A stretch of DNA of 64,000 nt from assembly GCA_048270185.1 (NCBI GenBank), contig JBLWTJ010000001.1:1024001-1088000 (forward strand), written 5' to 3'. Both the position numbers and the translations under genes were made by a program. This document shows positions 19,372 to 29,194 of this stretch, in pieces; the first letter of the stretch is position 1; every line of letters starts with the position of its first letter. The notes under the pieces are model-generated. The model was not told the DNA's origin. It ran no database searches and was given only the letters and a program-made list of their open reading frames with translations. The DNA is from Bacteriovoracaceae bacterium. GTDB taxonomy: Bacteria > Bdellovibrionota > Bacteriovoracia > Bacteriovoracales > Bacteriovoracaceae.

Positions 19372-20749
19372 TTTTTTGAAATTCATTGGAGTAGGACTTG
19401 CTCTTCCAGCACTTGGAAGATCCCAACCAAAGCAAAGTCAGGCAAACAATAAGAGAATTGACGATATCACAAATTATGGTGCAATTAGTGACGGAAAAAC
19501 TGATGTAACAAGTGCGATAAGAGACTGTCTAAAAGCTAACTCTAGTGCCTTTATCCCTATGACTGCAAAAGGTTTTATTGCAGGGGGAATCATTTTAAAA
19601 GAATCCAAAATTTACGGTTCTGGTGTGCTTATTCGATCAAAGAAAGCAGATTATACAATCATGACGAAAGGAAAGAATTGTATTGTTGAAGGTCTAGTAT
19701 TTAAGTCAGCAAACGGTAATTATAACAATGGTGTTTCAGATATTAATATAGGAGAAAGTAGTCATAGCGTCCGAATTCATAGCTGTAAGTTCGAAAGTGA
19801 CCACTATTGTGCTATCTCTGCAGATAAGAATGCTGAAAAAGACCTAAAGTTAACATATAAGTCTCCAGTGAAAGAAATTATTATTTCTAAAAATATTTTT
19901 GCTGGTAATTATTCAAGGGCACTCTACTTACATAGCGCCGAGGAACTTATCATTTCTGATAATATAATCAAACAGACTCTTTTTGATGGGATTCGATTAA
20001 GACAAAGAATTAAAAAGTGTATTATTTCAAAGAATATATTTAATAATATTGGAACAAAGAAACATACAGACTCACAAGATGCTATTGATACGTACTGGAG
20101 CGGAGAAGAACTCATCATTAGTGATAATATCATTAAAAACTGCTCTAAAAATGCAATCGAAGTTAAAGGAGTATCCCCTGACAGTACAGGTGCAACTGGT
20201 AAAGTTATTATAACTGGAAATGAAATATTAAATACTTCCTATAGTGCGATTCATATCTCTTCTGGCGCTAGTAAGTCAATTACAGTAAAAGACTTCATCA
20301 TTGCAAATAATATTATTAAGTACTCTGGTACCGCAAAAGTGAGCAAAGGTAATGCTGCCATTTTCATTAGACATGGAGTTGAGAATCTTAATATAAACTC
20401 AAATATAATTTCTTCAAATAACTCACGTGGAATCTTCTTGGCCAATATAAAAAAAGATAATGAGATAGTGAAAAATGTTACGATAACGGCCAATAATCTT
20501 ATCGATAATGGTAATGAAAATGAAGGTTATGCAATCCTAAGCTCAGGTGTTGAAAATTGTAATATCTACGCAAATAATATCGATAATAAGAATGGACAAC
20601 AAAAAGTAGCAATCGCAATCACAGACCAGAAAGGAAGTGAAAGCACGGCCATCATTAATGGAAATATAATAAGATCAAATAAAAAAGAATCAATTCTATA
20701 TAATAAAAAGAATAAAAAAATATTGGTTAACAATAATTTGATTAATTAA
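19358..20749 (+). CDS. Exported right-handed parallel beta-helix protein (putative polysaccharide lyase/hydrolase)
   Basis: ITNYGAISDGKTDVT (Pectate_lyase_3-like start), repeated IISxNI beta-helix rungs, Tat-like leader MKRSDFLK. Confidence 0.8.
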   Translation: MKRSDFLKFIGVGLALPALGRSQPKQSQANNKRIDDITNYGAISDGKTDVTSAIRDCLKANSSAFIPMTAKGFIAGGIILKESKIYGSGVLIRSKKADYTIMTKGKNCIVEGLVFKSANGNYNNGVSDINIGESSHSVRIHSCKFESDHYCAISADKNAEKDLKLTYKSPVKEIIISKNIFAGNYSRALYLHSAEELIISDNIIKQTLFDGIRLRQRIKKCIISKNIFNNIGTKKHTDSQDAIDTYWSGEELIISDNIIKNCSKNAIEVKGVSPDSTGATGKVIITGNEILNTSYSAIHISSGASKSITVKDFIIANNIIKYSGTAKVSKGNAAIFIRHGVENLNINSNIISSNNSRGIFLANIKKDNEIVKNVTITANNLIDNGNENEGYAILSSGVENCNIYANNIDNKNGQQKVAIAITDQKGSESTAIINGNIIRSNKKESILYNKKNKKILVNNNLIN

Positions 20750-21258
20750 TCAATTTTCTTATAAATTAAAACAGAACCGAGGGCCGTAACTAGAATTCCT
20801 AACACAGATGTATACCATGCCCTATTCTCATAAAAACGTTCTTTTCTAAGATAGACAACATCACCTGGCTGAAGTTGGAAATTGTGGCTATTAAAGTCTC
20901 CACCACTACTCAGATCAAACTCAATAGTCTTTAGGTCGCGTCCCGCCTTACGTGTAATTTTAACATCTGTTAAGTTAGCATCACCGGTTGCTCCGCCGGC
21001 CAAAGATAGGCCACTAATTAAGCTTGTCCCCTTTGGCACAAAGTGAAGACCAGCTGATTTAACCTCACCCCAGAAATTAGTCGGTATAAGTACTTCATTC
21101 TTCACTGAATTTGAAAAGTAAAGTGAACCAGACTTCTTCTCTAGACCTTTGACTTCTGTTGGCAGAACAATTGAATTTAGGTCAATTTTATTGGCCGCAT
21201 GTGCTAAAGGACCTAGGAATAAATTTGCTACCGTTAAGATAATAGTGATCAACTTCAT
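20746..21258 (-). CDS. Short SLBB-domain polysaccharide export protein (truncated Wza/OPX-like)
   Basis: WGEVKSAG..SLAGG..VKITR..LQPGDVVYL, C-terminal hydrophobic helix, SPI-type signal without Cys. Confidence 0.75.
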   Translation of the reverse strand: MKLITIILTVANLFLGPLAHAANKIDLNSIVLPTEVKGLEKKSGSLYFSNSVKNEVLIPTNFWGEVKSAGLHFVPKGTSLISGLSLAGGATGDANLTDVKITRKAGRDLKTIEFDLSSGGDFNSHNFQLQPGDVVYLRKERFYENRAWYTSVLGILVTALGSVLIYKKID

Positions 21259-21286
21259 GAAAATATCTTAATCAAACAAATAAAGC

Positions 21287-22765
21287 TTAGCAAGAAACTT
21301 TTGCTATTTCAGGGGCCATCCCAAGGTCTTTCGCATCATGATAAAAGACTTTAATTTCATCATGAGAGTAGATTCGGTCATCAATAAGATAACAAGCGAA
21401 ACAAGAAAGAATAAGCATGAAGACGGAGACTAAAGCACTCAATAATATCAACAACTTAGTAGTGAACTTCTTATGATCTTCAATTTTTGGATTAAGTATG
21501 TTGAATGTGAGGTAGTTTTGAATTGAGTTCAAATTATTCTGTGCCTCTCTAAGCTTTGACCTTAGATCAACAATTGTAGTCTTCAAAGGATTTAGTTGAT
21601 CATTTGTGATCGTATTAAGATTCTTATCCTTTAATAATATATCTCTTTGGATTTTATTCTCTTTAATCTGAAGAGTCAGTTTATCAATTAAAACAGTGAG
21701 TGTTTTCTTCTTCTGGATTAGCTCAGGAATTTTCTCAAGCTCAATGCTTTTACTCTTCTCATCATCTGTAATTGCTGCATCACTTACATTTAGTTTTTTA
21801 AGTTCATTTGCTAAAGAGTATCTCTGTTTCTTGAGATCATTAATAAGAGATGAGTTTTCTTTGTAAGAACCAGACTTAAGTAATTCGATATTTTTAGATA
21901 GATCAATAATTTGTTGTTCAATCTCCCCTTTCTTACGAATAAGAGATCGGTCTGAACCTGAGAAGTTAATTTTCTTCATATTCTTGTAGAATTTAAGATC
22001 TGAGTTTACAGAAATCAATAACTCACTATTCTTAGCAAGACTTTTTTCCTGCTCTCTTATGACCTCATCTAAATCAGCAACTCTTTCATCAGCACCAACT
22101 TTAATCACACTATGATTATCAACAAGTTGTTTCTCGTGTAATTCTAGTTCTGATTGAAGTTTTTCAATTCTTTCCTTTGCTAAGATAAAATTTGAATTAT
22201 ACTTTGTACTTTTTAAATTCTTAACAATTGCATCTTGAATAATTAAAGTCGTAAACTTATTAGTACCTCTAGTGTATAAAACATAACCTCCGTAGCGAGG
22301 GCTCTGTTTAACACTATAGCTTTCATGGATATTCTCAGCAATGAATCTTACGATACATTCTTTATTATATGAGCAGTATTTATAAATCGATTCAAGACTA
22401 TGCTTCTCACCTTCTTCATTTTGAATAATCAGTTCCTTAATATCATCTGTCGCCATTAATTCCTGGGCCACACTCAACTTAAAGTCCCATCTTTCAACAA
22501 GAGAACGATAGGTTTTAATTTCGTCAATCTTACTTAGGCCAATGATCTCAGCAAATCTTGACTCCTTGCTTGAGTTCTCGAAAATAGAGTTGAAATGTAT
22601 TTCTCTGACATAATTCTTATCTTGGTTAATATAGAAAGTAAGTAAAGCACCAACGCTCAGTAGAATACTCAATAAATTTATTGGCCAGTATCTACGCATG
22701 AGAGTGAAAAAAAGAGAGAAGTTGATAACAGAATCATTATTTAAGAGTAGTCTAAGCTTTCTCAC
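21287..22765 (-). CDS. Polysaccharide co-polymerase (Wzz/Wzc membrane domain)
   Basis: Two TMs flanking a long coiled coil; post-TM DDRIYSHDEI..LGMAP typical of Wzc. Confidence 0.72.
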   Translation of the reverse strand: MRKLRLLLNNDSVINFSLFFTLMRRYWPINLLSILLSVGALLTFYINQDKNYVREIHFNSIFENSSKESRFAEIIGLSKIDEIKTYRSLVERWDFKLSVAQELMATDDIKELIIQNEEGEKHSLESIYKYCSYNKECIVRFIAENIHESYSVKQSPRYGGYVLYTRGTNKFTTLIIQDAIVKNLKSTKYNSNFILAKERIEKLQSELELHEKQLVDNHSVIKVGADERVADLDEVIREQEKSLAKNSELLISVNSDLKFYKNMKKINFSGSDRSLIRKKGEIEQQIIDLSKNIELLKSGSYKENSSLINDLKKQRYSLANELKKLNVSDAAITDDEKSKSIELEKIPELIQKKKTLTVLIDKLTLQIKENKIQRDILLKDKNLNTITNDQLNPLKTTIVDLRSKLREAQNNLNSIQNYLTFNILNPKIEDHKKFTTKLLILLSALVSVFMLILSCFACYLIDDRIYSHDEIKVFYHDAKDLGMAPEIAKVSC

Positions 22766-23505
22766 TTGTTACCTTCTTTTACATATACTATTCCACCAAG
22801 CTCAACCCCTAAGGACTTCAAGTAATTTGTATTCTTTTTAATTAAGCTTAATCTTGTTTTACGCTCTCTTACAATAAAGTCGCAATGTGAGGAGAATAAA
22901 AGAGGAGTTCTTGCATCAACTCCTAGGTCTTTTAATTCTTTATCGTCTAGCATAAATATAATTTTATCAAAGGCAAACGTTATTTGATTCATAACACTTG
23001 CTAACTCACTTGTATGATGAACAAATTGCGAAAGAAAATAGCTATAATTCAAAGTAGAAATATTATCCGAAAGTTTTTTAAGAGCTAACGATTTCTTATT
23101 AACATTATTAAGAGGTAGTATAGATTCATTAATTGAAATATCTTTAAATCCATCCCCTATATCACTATAAGATATAACCAAGACTTTCTTATTAAAACAA
23201 ACATCAATACAGCTCATAATTGAAAGAACAATATCTTCAAGCTTAGATTTATCAATTAAACCAACGATTGTTGAAACTTTGCTTTGAGGAGTAGTGTCAC
23301 TAATAACTTTAGACATACTTAATAGGTCTTTGCGATTTTTAATTCGATAGAAAATCGAGCTTAGGTCATACTTTTTATCAAGAGAATCTTGGATAATATT
23401 CTCATTTAAATGAGAGTACTCACCTCGATTATGGCTATTCTCTAAGACTAAGATTTTATTCTTCAAACTTCTTGTCATGTGACCTCTTGACTTAACAAAA
23501 ATCAA
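22762..23505 (-). CDS. Degenerate CpsD/Wzc-kinase-like protein (probable pseudokinase)
   Basis: C-terminus FIVRERKTR..LKSLGVELGGIVY resembles BY-kinases; no GK(S/T) Walker A, no DxD or hhhD motif. Confidence 0.5.
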   Translation of the reverse strand: MIFVKSRGHMTRSLKNKILVLENSHNRGEYSHLNENIIQDSLDKKYDLSSIFYRIKNRKDLLSMSKVISDTTPQSKVSTIVGLIDKSKLEDIVLSIMSCIDVCFNKKVLVISYSDIGDGFKDISINESILPLNNVNKKSLALKKLSDNISTLNYSYFLSQFVHHTSELASVMNQITFAFDKIIFMLDDKELKDLGVDARTPLLFSSHCDFIVRERKTRLSLIKKNTNYLKSLGVELGGIVYVKEGNK

Positions 23506-23647
23506 ATTTCAATTCATTATACATAATATTTATTAACAAAGCATTAAGATGGTAGTTAATTCCCCCTCCTACAAGGCCTCCAGGAAAAACTGAGGAACAA
23601 ATTGCCATGGGGCGAAAATTAAATTTTATTGTGATTAAATAACGAAG

Positions 23648-24091
23648 ATGAATGAAATAAGTTTACCGAAAAAACAGATAGATATAGATTTCACTAGGTT
23701 TACATCTAGTCTTGGACTATTCATATCAAATAATTCATCTGATCTAGTTCAGTGTTTCTTTAGTGGATACAAGAAGACGTCAAAGCCCGAGTATTCTAAG
23801 AATAAGGTTTACTCGATCTATGAAATTACTCCCCTAGTTAATACTCTTGCTATAACAAATAACATTATCGATTTAAATATTGATAGTCGCTTAACTGAAA
23901 ACGAAGTCTCTATTTCAATGGCCATCGTGCTGGACTGGCAACCACAGCTTAAAAAGTTTGTCACAATTACAATTGATGACGTTCATATGCTCCTTGATGA
24001 AGAACTCAATTATATAAAAACGAAAAAGTTTAAAGAAGATATTACTAAGTTCTACCATCGCATGCTTTATACTAGAGGTACGAATGAATAA
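23648..24091 (+). CDS. Hypothetical protein
   Basis: 147-aa ORF overlapping the PilZ gene start. Confidence 0.6.
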   Translation: MNEISLPKKQIDIDFTRFTSSLGLFISNNSSDLVQCFFSGYKKTSKPEYSKNKVYSIYEITPLVNTLAITNNIIDLNIDSRLTENEVSISMAIVLDWQPQLKKFVTITIDDVHMLLDEELNYIKTKKFKEDITKFYHRMLYTRGTNE

Positions 24092-24449
24092 GCACAGCAG
24101 AGACTTTCAACGCTATTCATTTGAGTCTTATAATATTGCCGCATATACAATTATGGAAAATAAAAAGTTACCGGTTAAGCTAATTAATATTGGACTTGGT
24201 GGCTGTCTCATAAAAGTTTCTTCTGACATGAATATTGATAATTTATGTATTATCCTAGCTGAGAAACAAATCAAAATGGATTTGAGTCAGAGGTGGAGCA
24301 GAAAAGATGATAAATATAACTATATTGGTTTTAAGATAAAATTTAACGATTATTATAATTTCAACCTCTGGAAGAACTTAGTTCACTCTACTCAGAGAAT
24401 TGAACTTAAGCATAGTAATAATAAAGCGCCAAGAGACATTAGTCTATAA
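24084..24449 (+). CDS. PilZ-domain protein
   Basis: RDFQR (RxxxR), NIGLGG ((D/N)xSxxG variant), YIGFKI; GAGG SD. Confidence 0.75.
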   Translation: MNKHSRDFQRYSFESYNIAAYTIMENKKLPVKLINIGLGGCLIKVSSDMNIDNLCIILAEKQIKMDLSQRWSRKDDKYNYIGFKIKFNDYYNFNLWKNLVHSTQRIELKHSNNKAPRDISL

Positions 24450-24462
24450 GCCTGAGGTATTC

Positions 24463-25746
24463 ATGAATAAAAGCGTATGTGTAATAGGACTTGGCTATGT
24501 CGGTCTTCCTGTAGCCTATAATTTCGCTAAAAAGTACCAAACGATAGGTATCGATATTTCAAGCAAACGAGTCGATGAGTTAAATAATCATCTCGATCGT
24601 ACAAGAGAGATCACGACAGAAGAACTAAGAGAGCTTAGCATGAATTTTTCAACAAAGATTGAAGATGCGGCTGACTTTAATTTCTTCATTGTAACCGTAC
24701 CTACTCCAATTGATAATTTTAAAACTCCAGATCTTACTCCTGTAATAAGCGCAACAAATGACGTCGCAAAAGTACTAAAGAAAGGAGATACTGTCGTCTA
24801 CGAATCGACAGTCTACCCCGGTGTAACGGAAGATATCTGTGCCAAAATCCTTGAAGAGAGAACTGGTTTAAAATTTGGTGTCGATTTCTTTATGGGTTAT
24901 TCACCAGAAAGAATTAATCCAGGAGATAAAGAACATACGTTCACAAAGATCACAAAAGTCGTCTCGGGCTGTTGTCCAGAGAGCTTAGAAGATATTGCTA
25001 CAATGTATGCAAGTGTTATAGAAGCTGATGTCTTTAGAGCAACATCAATAAAAGTAGCAGAAGCATCAAAGGTTATTGAAAATATCCAACGGGATGTAAA
25101 TATCGGCTTAATTAATGAGCTGGCTCTAATTTTTGATAAGCTTAATATTAATACAACTGATGTTCTTGAAGCATCAGGTACAAAGTGGAACTTTCTAAAC
25201 TTTAGGCCAGGGCTTGTTGGTGGTCATTGTATCGGTGTTGATCCCTACTACCTTTCTTACAAGTCACAACAAGTTGGTATCATTCCACAAATCATAAATG
25301 CGGGAAGAAGAGTTAACGATAGTATTGCCAATCATATTTCGCAAAAGGCCGTAAAGCTTCTCATTCAAAATAATGTTAAAGTTAAAGATGCTAATATTGC
25401 TGTACTTGGGCTCACATTCAAAGAGAATTGTCCGGATCTTAGAAACTCAAAAGTTGAAGATATAATTAGAGATCTTGAAGAATATTCAACAAATACCCTA
25501 CTTGTCGACCCTCATTGTGACAAAGAAGAAGTTGAATCCAAGTACAATAAGGAAATTCAAGAATTTCATCAATTAGAAAATATCGACTTACTCTTAATTA
25601 ACGTGGCCCATAAAGAATTCACAGAAATTTCAGAAGAAGAACTGATTAAAGTCTTTTCTGGAAAGCCACCAATTATTATCGATGTTAAAAATATTTGTCC
25701 AACATCAATTAAAAAGAATAAAGAATATACTTACTGGAGCCTTTAA
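24463..25746 (+). CDS. UDP-N-acetylhexosamine 6-dehydrogenase (TviB/WbpO family)
   Basis: GLGYVGLP, YESTVYPG, YSPERINPGD, GLVGGHCIGVDPYYL, TFKENCPD; ATG 24463 has GAGGT SD. Confidence 0.93.
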   Translation: MNKSVCVIGLGYVGLPVAYNFAKKYQTIGIDISSKRVDELNNHLDRTREITTEELRELSMNFSTKIEDAADFNFFIVTVPTPIDNFKTPDLTPVISATNDVAKVLKKGDTVVYESTVYPGVTEDICAKILEERTGLKFGVDFFMGYSPERINPGDKEHTFTKITKVVSGCCPESLEDIATMYASVIEADVFRATSIKVAEASKVIENIQRDVNIGLINELALIFDKLNINTTDVLEASGTKWNFLNFRPGLVGGHCIGVDPYYLSYKSQQVGIIPQIINAGRRVNDSIANHISQKAVKLLIQNNVKVKDANIAVLGLTFKENCPDLRNSKVEDIIRDLEEYSTNTLLVDPHCDKEEVESKYNKEIQEFHQLENIDLLLINVAHKEFTEISEEELIKVFSGKPPIIIDVKNICPTSIKKNKEYTYWSL

Positions 25747-26780
25747 TGGATCAGAGCTTACAAGAGCTATCAAATAAACTAATAAAAGAGCCTCGTAAAT
25801 GGCTTGTAACAGGTGCTGCTGGTTTCATCGGTTCTAACCTTTGCGAATTTTTACTAAATAATAATCAAATCGTTGTCGGTCTTGATAACTTCTCTAATGG
25901 ATCAAAGGCAAATATAGAAGACATAAAATCAAAGTGTCATAATCATGTTGAAAACTTCCAATTTCATGAAGGTGATATTAGAGACTTCAATACATGCTTA
26001 GAGCTGACAAAGGGAGTGGATCACATTCTCCATCAAGCAGCACTTGGCTCAGTCCCCCGCTCGATTAAATCTCCGGACTTAAGTCATCAATCAAATGTTG
26101 ACGGGACCTTTAATATGCTAAATGCTGCTCGAATGGCCAACGTTAAGTCATTTGTTTATGCCTCTAGTAGTTCGGTCTATGGAGATAATAACCTAGACTT
26201 CAAACTTGAAAGTAATATTGGGACCCAATTATCACCTTATGCCGTCACTAAGCATGTATGTGAATTATATGGAAGAGTGTTCAACTTAACATACGGACTA
26301 CCTACAATTGGTATCCGTTACTTTAATGTCTTTGGAAGAAGACAGGATCCAAATGGGGCCTATGCTGCTGTTATACCAAAGTGGATTGAAAAGGCCTTAA
26401 CAGGGCAAGACTTAGATATATATGGAGATGGTGAAACAAGTCGTGACTTCTGCTATATCGACAATGTTATCCAAATGAATATTAAAGCATCATTAAATAC
26501 AGACCCTAGTAATTTTGGCCAAATTTTTAATTGTGCATTAAGTAAGACCACTTCTCTTAATACTCTTTCAAAGCTAATCCTCGAAAACATCAAGGAGCAA
26601 TCAGGTAAAGAGCTTAACAGTAAAATCAATTACCAAGACTTTAGAAAGGGTGACATTAGAAACTCTCAAGCAAATATTACTAAGAGTATCGAAAATCTAG
26701 GCTATCAACCAGAAATCTTTATTGAAGAAGGTATCAAAAGAACAGTGCAATACTATCTTTCGAAAAAAGAGAATTTATAA
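25746..26780 (+). CDS. UDP-GlcNAc(A) 4-epimerase (TviC/WbpP family)
   Basis: WLVTGAAGFIGS, HQAALGSVPRS, SPYAVTK, RYFNVFGRRQDPNGAYAAVIPKW. Confidence 0.93.
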   Translation: MDQSLQELSNKLIKEPRKWLVTGAAGFIGSNLCEFLLNNNQIVVGLDNFSNGSKANIEDIKSKCHNHVENFQFHEGDIRDFNTCLELTKGVDHILHQAALGSVPRSIKSPDLSHQSNVDGTFNMLNAARMANVKSFVYASSSSVYGDNNLDFKLESNIGTQLSPYAVTKHVCELYGRVFNLTYGLPTIGIRYFNVFGRRQDPNGAYAAVIPKWIEKALTGQDLDIYGDGETSRDFCYIDNVIQMNIKASLNTDPSNFGQIFNCALSKTTSLNTLSKLILENIKEQSGKELNSKINYQDFRKGDIRNSQANITKSIENLGYQPEIFIEEGIKRTVQYYLSKKENL

Positions 26781-26781
26781 A

Positions 26782-27933
26782 GTGAAAAAAGTTAATATCA
26801 CGCTAGACTTTAGGTTTGCTCGTTATAATGGCAAGATTTGGACAAAGTCATCATTTGATTACAAATTCTGGCAAAGATATTTAATGACATTTTCACATGT
26901 GAATATCATTGCACGTGTTGAAGATGTGAATTCTCAAGAAGGGCTAAAGCCTGTCACAGGTGACAATGTAACTTTCACAGAAGTTCCCTACTTCCTTGGA
27001 CCAAAGGATTATTTCTTTAAAAGAAGTGCCATCCGTAAGATGTTAAAAGGCATCATTAATCCAAATGAAGCCTATATTATGCGTGTACCATCAACAATTG
27101 CTGATGTTCTACAACCACTTCTAGTAAATAACCATATTGAATACGGAATTGAGCTCGTAGGAAATCCTTACGACACATTTAAGAAAGGTTCTTACCAGCA
27201 CCCTCTTCGTCTCTTCTTTCAATATTGGCTGACAAAGAATGTAAAAAAACAAATCTTTCAGGCCAAGAGTAGCTCATATGTAACGAAGACTTACCTACAA
27301 GAGCTCTACCCTAACAAAAATCCAAAAAATCAATTCAGTTATTCTTCGATATCTCTACTTCCAGAGCATATTTCTCATAGCAGAGAAGATTTTAACATGA
27401 ATAAGAAGCTACTCTTTATTGGCTCACTTGAATACCTTGTGAAATCACCAGACACGCTCATAAAAGCCTTTCACAAGGCCCTACAATCAAATGACAAACT
27501 CACCCTAACCATTGCAGGCGATGGGAAAGAAAGAAGCGGTCTTGAAGAGTTAGTGAAGAAGCTTGGTATCGAAAACAAAGTCACATTTCTAGGCTTTCTA
27601 AATGGTGGAGACGCTGTCAGAGAGCAACTTGACCAACACGATATCTACATTCTGACTTCAATTTCTGAAGGCCTTCCGCGAAGTATGGTCGAGGCCATGG
27701 CAAGAGGATTACCATGTATTGGTAGTACGATTGGCGGAATAAAAGAATTACTAGAAGAAGATGATTTAGTTGATCCACAAGATGTACAAGGACTAAGTCA
27801 AAAAATAATTGAGTTCTGTCGTGACGATGAGCAACTAAAAGAAAAATCAAAGAGAAACTTAGAGGTCTCTAAGTCATACTTGAATGAATTTCTGGATCAA
27901 CAAAGAAAGTCTTTTTATCAGACACTGCTATAA
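26782..27933 (+). CDS. Glycosyltransferase family 4
   Basis: SEGLPRSMVEAMARG (Ex7E); likely GTG start at 26782. Confidence 0.9.
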   Translation: MKKVNITLDFRFARYNGKIWTKSSFDYKFWQRYLMTFSHVNIIARVEDVNSQEGLKPVTGDNVTFTEVPYFLGPKDYFFKRSAIRKMLKGIINPNEAYIMRVPSTIADVLQPLLVNNHIEYGIELVGNPYDTFKKGSYQHPLRLFFQYWLTKNVKKQIFQAKSSSYVTKTYLQELYPNKNPKNQFSYSSISLLPEHISHSREDFNMNKKLLFIGSLEYLVKSPDTLIKAFHKALQSNDKLTLTIAGDGKERSGLEELVKKLGIENKVTFLGFLNGGDAVREQLDQHDIYILTSISEGLPRSMVEAMARGLPCIGSTIGGIKELLEEDDLVDPQDVQGLSQKIIEFCRDDEQLKEKSKRNLEVSKSYLNEFLDQQRKSFYQTLL

Positions 27934-27997
27934 TAAGTGTCCCCCTTTGCTTTTATATAGATCTCGTATAAAAGAGAATATCTTTAACCATATTAGA

Positions 27998-28525
27998 TTA
28001 CTCACACTTTCTCTCTTCACCTTCTTTTAGGAGCTTAAATTCCATCAATACAAGTTGTGATAGTGGTTTCTTGATTTTTTGAATGAGGGGCCTACCTACA
28101 ATGATAGGACAAGTTTCAACCCTTCTTAAGTATTTACGGCCTGCACGAATTCCGGCTGCGTGAAATTTTAAATCACTCTCAAACTTTGCATTAACAGTTA
28201 AAGTCATTTCATATTGATCTTGTTGCAAAGAAAAATGAAGAGCGTTCTCAACCTTGTTCTTACTATACTTTAGCTCAGTTAGTTTATCGCCAGAGACTTT
28301 ATATGTTACCCAGAACTCTTCTCCTGAAATGATATTAACCATATCATTAAAAACATAGGGAGCCTTATCGATAGTTCCAGACCATGTGCTCTTATCTTTC
28401 TTTTTCAAGGTAAGTTTTGTTTGTGGACGACAAGTTGTCTTCGAGCAAATCTCTTCGATACTTTCATTTGCCAGAATACTGGTGCGTATTGAGAATAGTA
28501 GAAGCAATAAGATAACAGATTTCAT
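27998..28525 (-). CDS. Secreted hypothetical protein
   Basis: Signal peptide; four Cys; GAGG SD. Confidence 0.7.
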   Translation of the reverse strand: MKSVILLLLLFSIRTSILANESIEEICSKTTCRPQTKLTLKKKDKSTWSGTIDKAPYVFNDMVNIISGEEFWVTYKVSGDKLTELKYSKNKVENALHFSLQQDQYEMTLTVNAKFESDLKFHAAGIRAGRKYLRRVETCPIIVGRPLIQKIKKPLSQLVLMEFKLLKEGEERKCE

Positions 28526-28536
28526 AACCCCTCTCT

Positions 28537-29049
28537 TTAGAATAAGATTCCAATTGTTAAAACACCACTCGTGTCACTATCAGTGCTTTCTTTTAAATTA
28601 TACTTGTAACCAATTCCGAAATCTAAATGCATTCGATTAAAATATACCCACTGATGGCCAAGGACTACATTAACAAATTGTTGTCTCTCAACTTCCATAC
28701 TCTCATGCTTAACAACTGATGGGAATGTCTCATACCAAACATCATAGTCGACATCACGTCCCCACTTGTAGCCACCTTCAAGAAACCAAGAATCGCCCCA
28801 AGCATTCTCAGCTGTGTAGTAACGATATCCTACAAGATAGTCTTCTTGACTTGAATCTGTTACTTGGTTAGTACGAAAAAAGAGCGCATGTTTTTGGCCA
28901 AGGACTCTTAGATACTCTAAGGCATACATTGTCCCATGTAAGTTTGAGTAACCAAAGTTTCCAAGTGAAAAGCGGTTTTTAAATTCTGTTGCTGATGTTG
29001 ATGTTGATAAAGATAAAAGAAATAATAACAAAGTAATAATTTGTTTCAC
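28537..29049 (-). CDS. Small outer-membrane beta-barrel protein
   Basis: Signal peptide, alternating aromatic strands (VGYRYY, LGHQW, DFGIGY), C-terminal IGILF. Confidence 0.7.
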   Translation of the reverse strand: MKQIITLLLFLLSLSTSTSATEFKNRFSLGNFGYSNLHGTMYALEYLRVLGQKHALFFRTNQVTDSSQEDYLVGYRYYTAENAWGDSWFLEGGYKWGRDVDYDVWYETFPSVVKHESMEVERQQFVNVVLGHQWVYFNRMHLDFGIGYKYNLKESTDSDTSGVLTIGILF

Positions 29050-29078
29050 AATAATCCTTTATTGAAGTTGATAGTTAC

Positions 29079-29106
29079 TTATCGCCTCAAAACACAATGA
29101 ACTTGA
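29079..29106 (-). promoter_or_regulatory. Sigma-28-like promoter
   Basis: TCAAGTTC-N12-GGCGATAA, 30 nt upstream of the start at 29049. Confidence 0.6.
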
Positions 29107-29194
29107 TCAATATCTTCAATGATTTCAGTAAGATAGATCATCAAAGTAAATTAAGGAAGTTAGAAGAGATATCTATAAGATGCCTTAAGATTTA

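Noticed and set aside
24400..24462. Upstream TTG starts for the dehydrogenase (24400) and GT4 (26722), and ATG 49718 for NYN
   Set aside because: They overlap upstream genes; downstream starts (24463, 26782, 49754) fit domain boundaries better.
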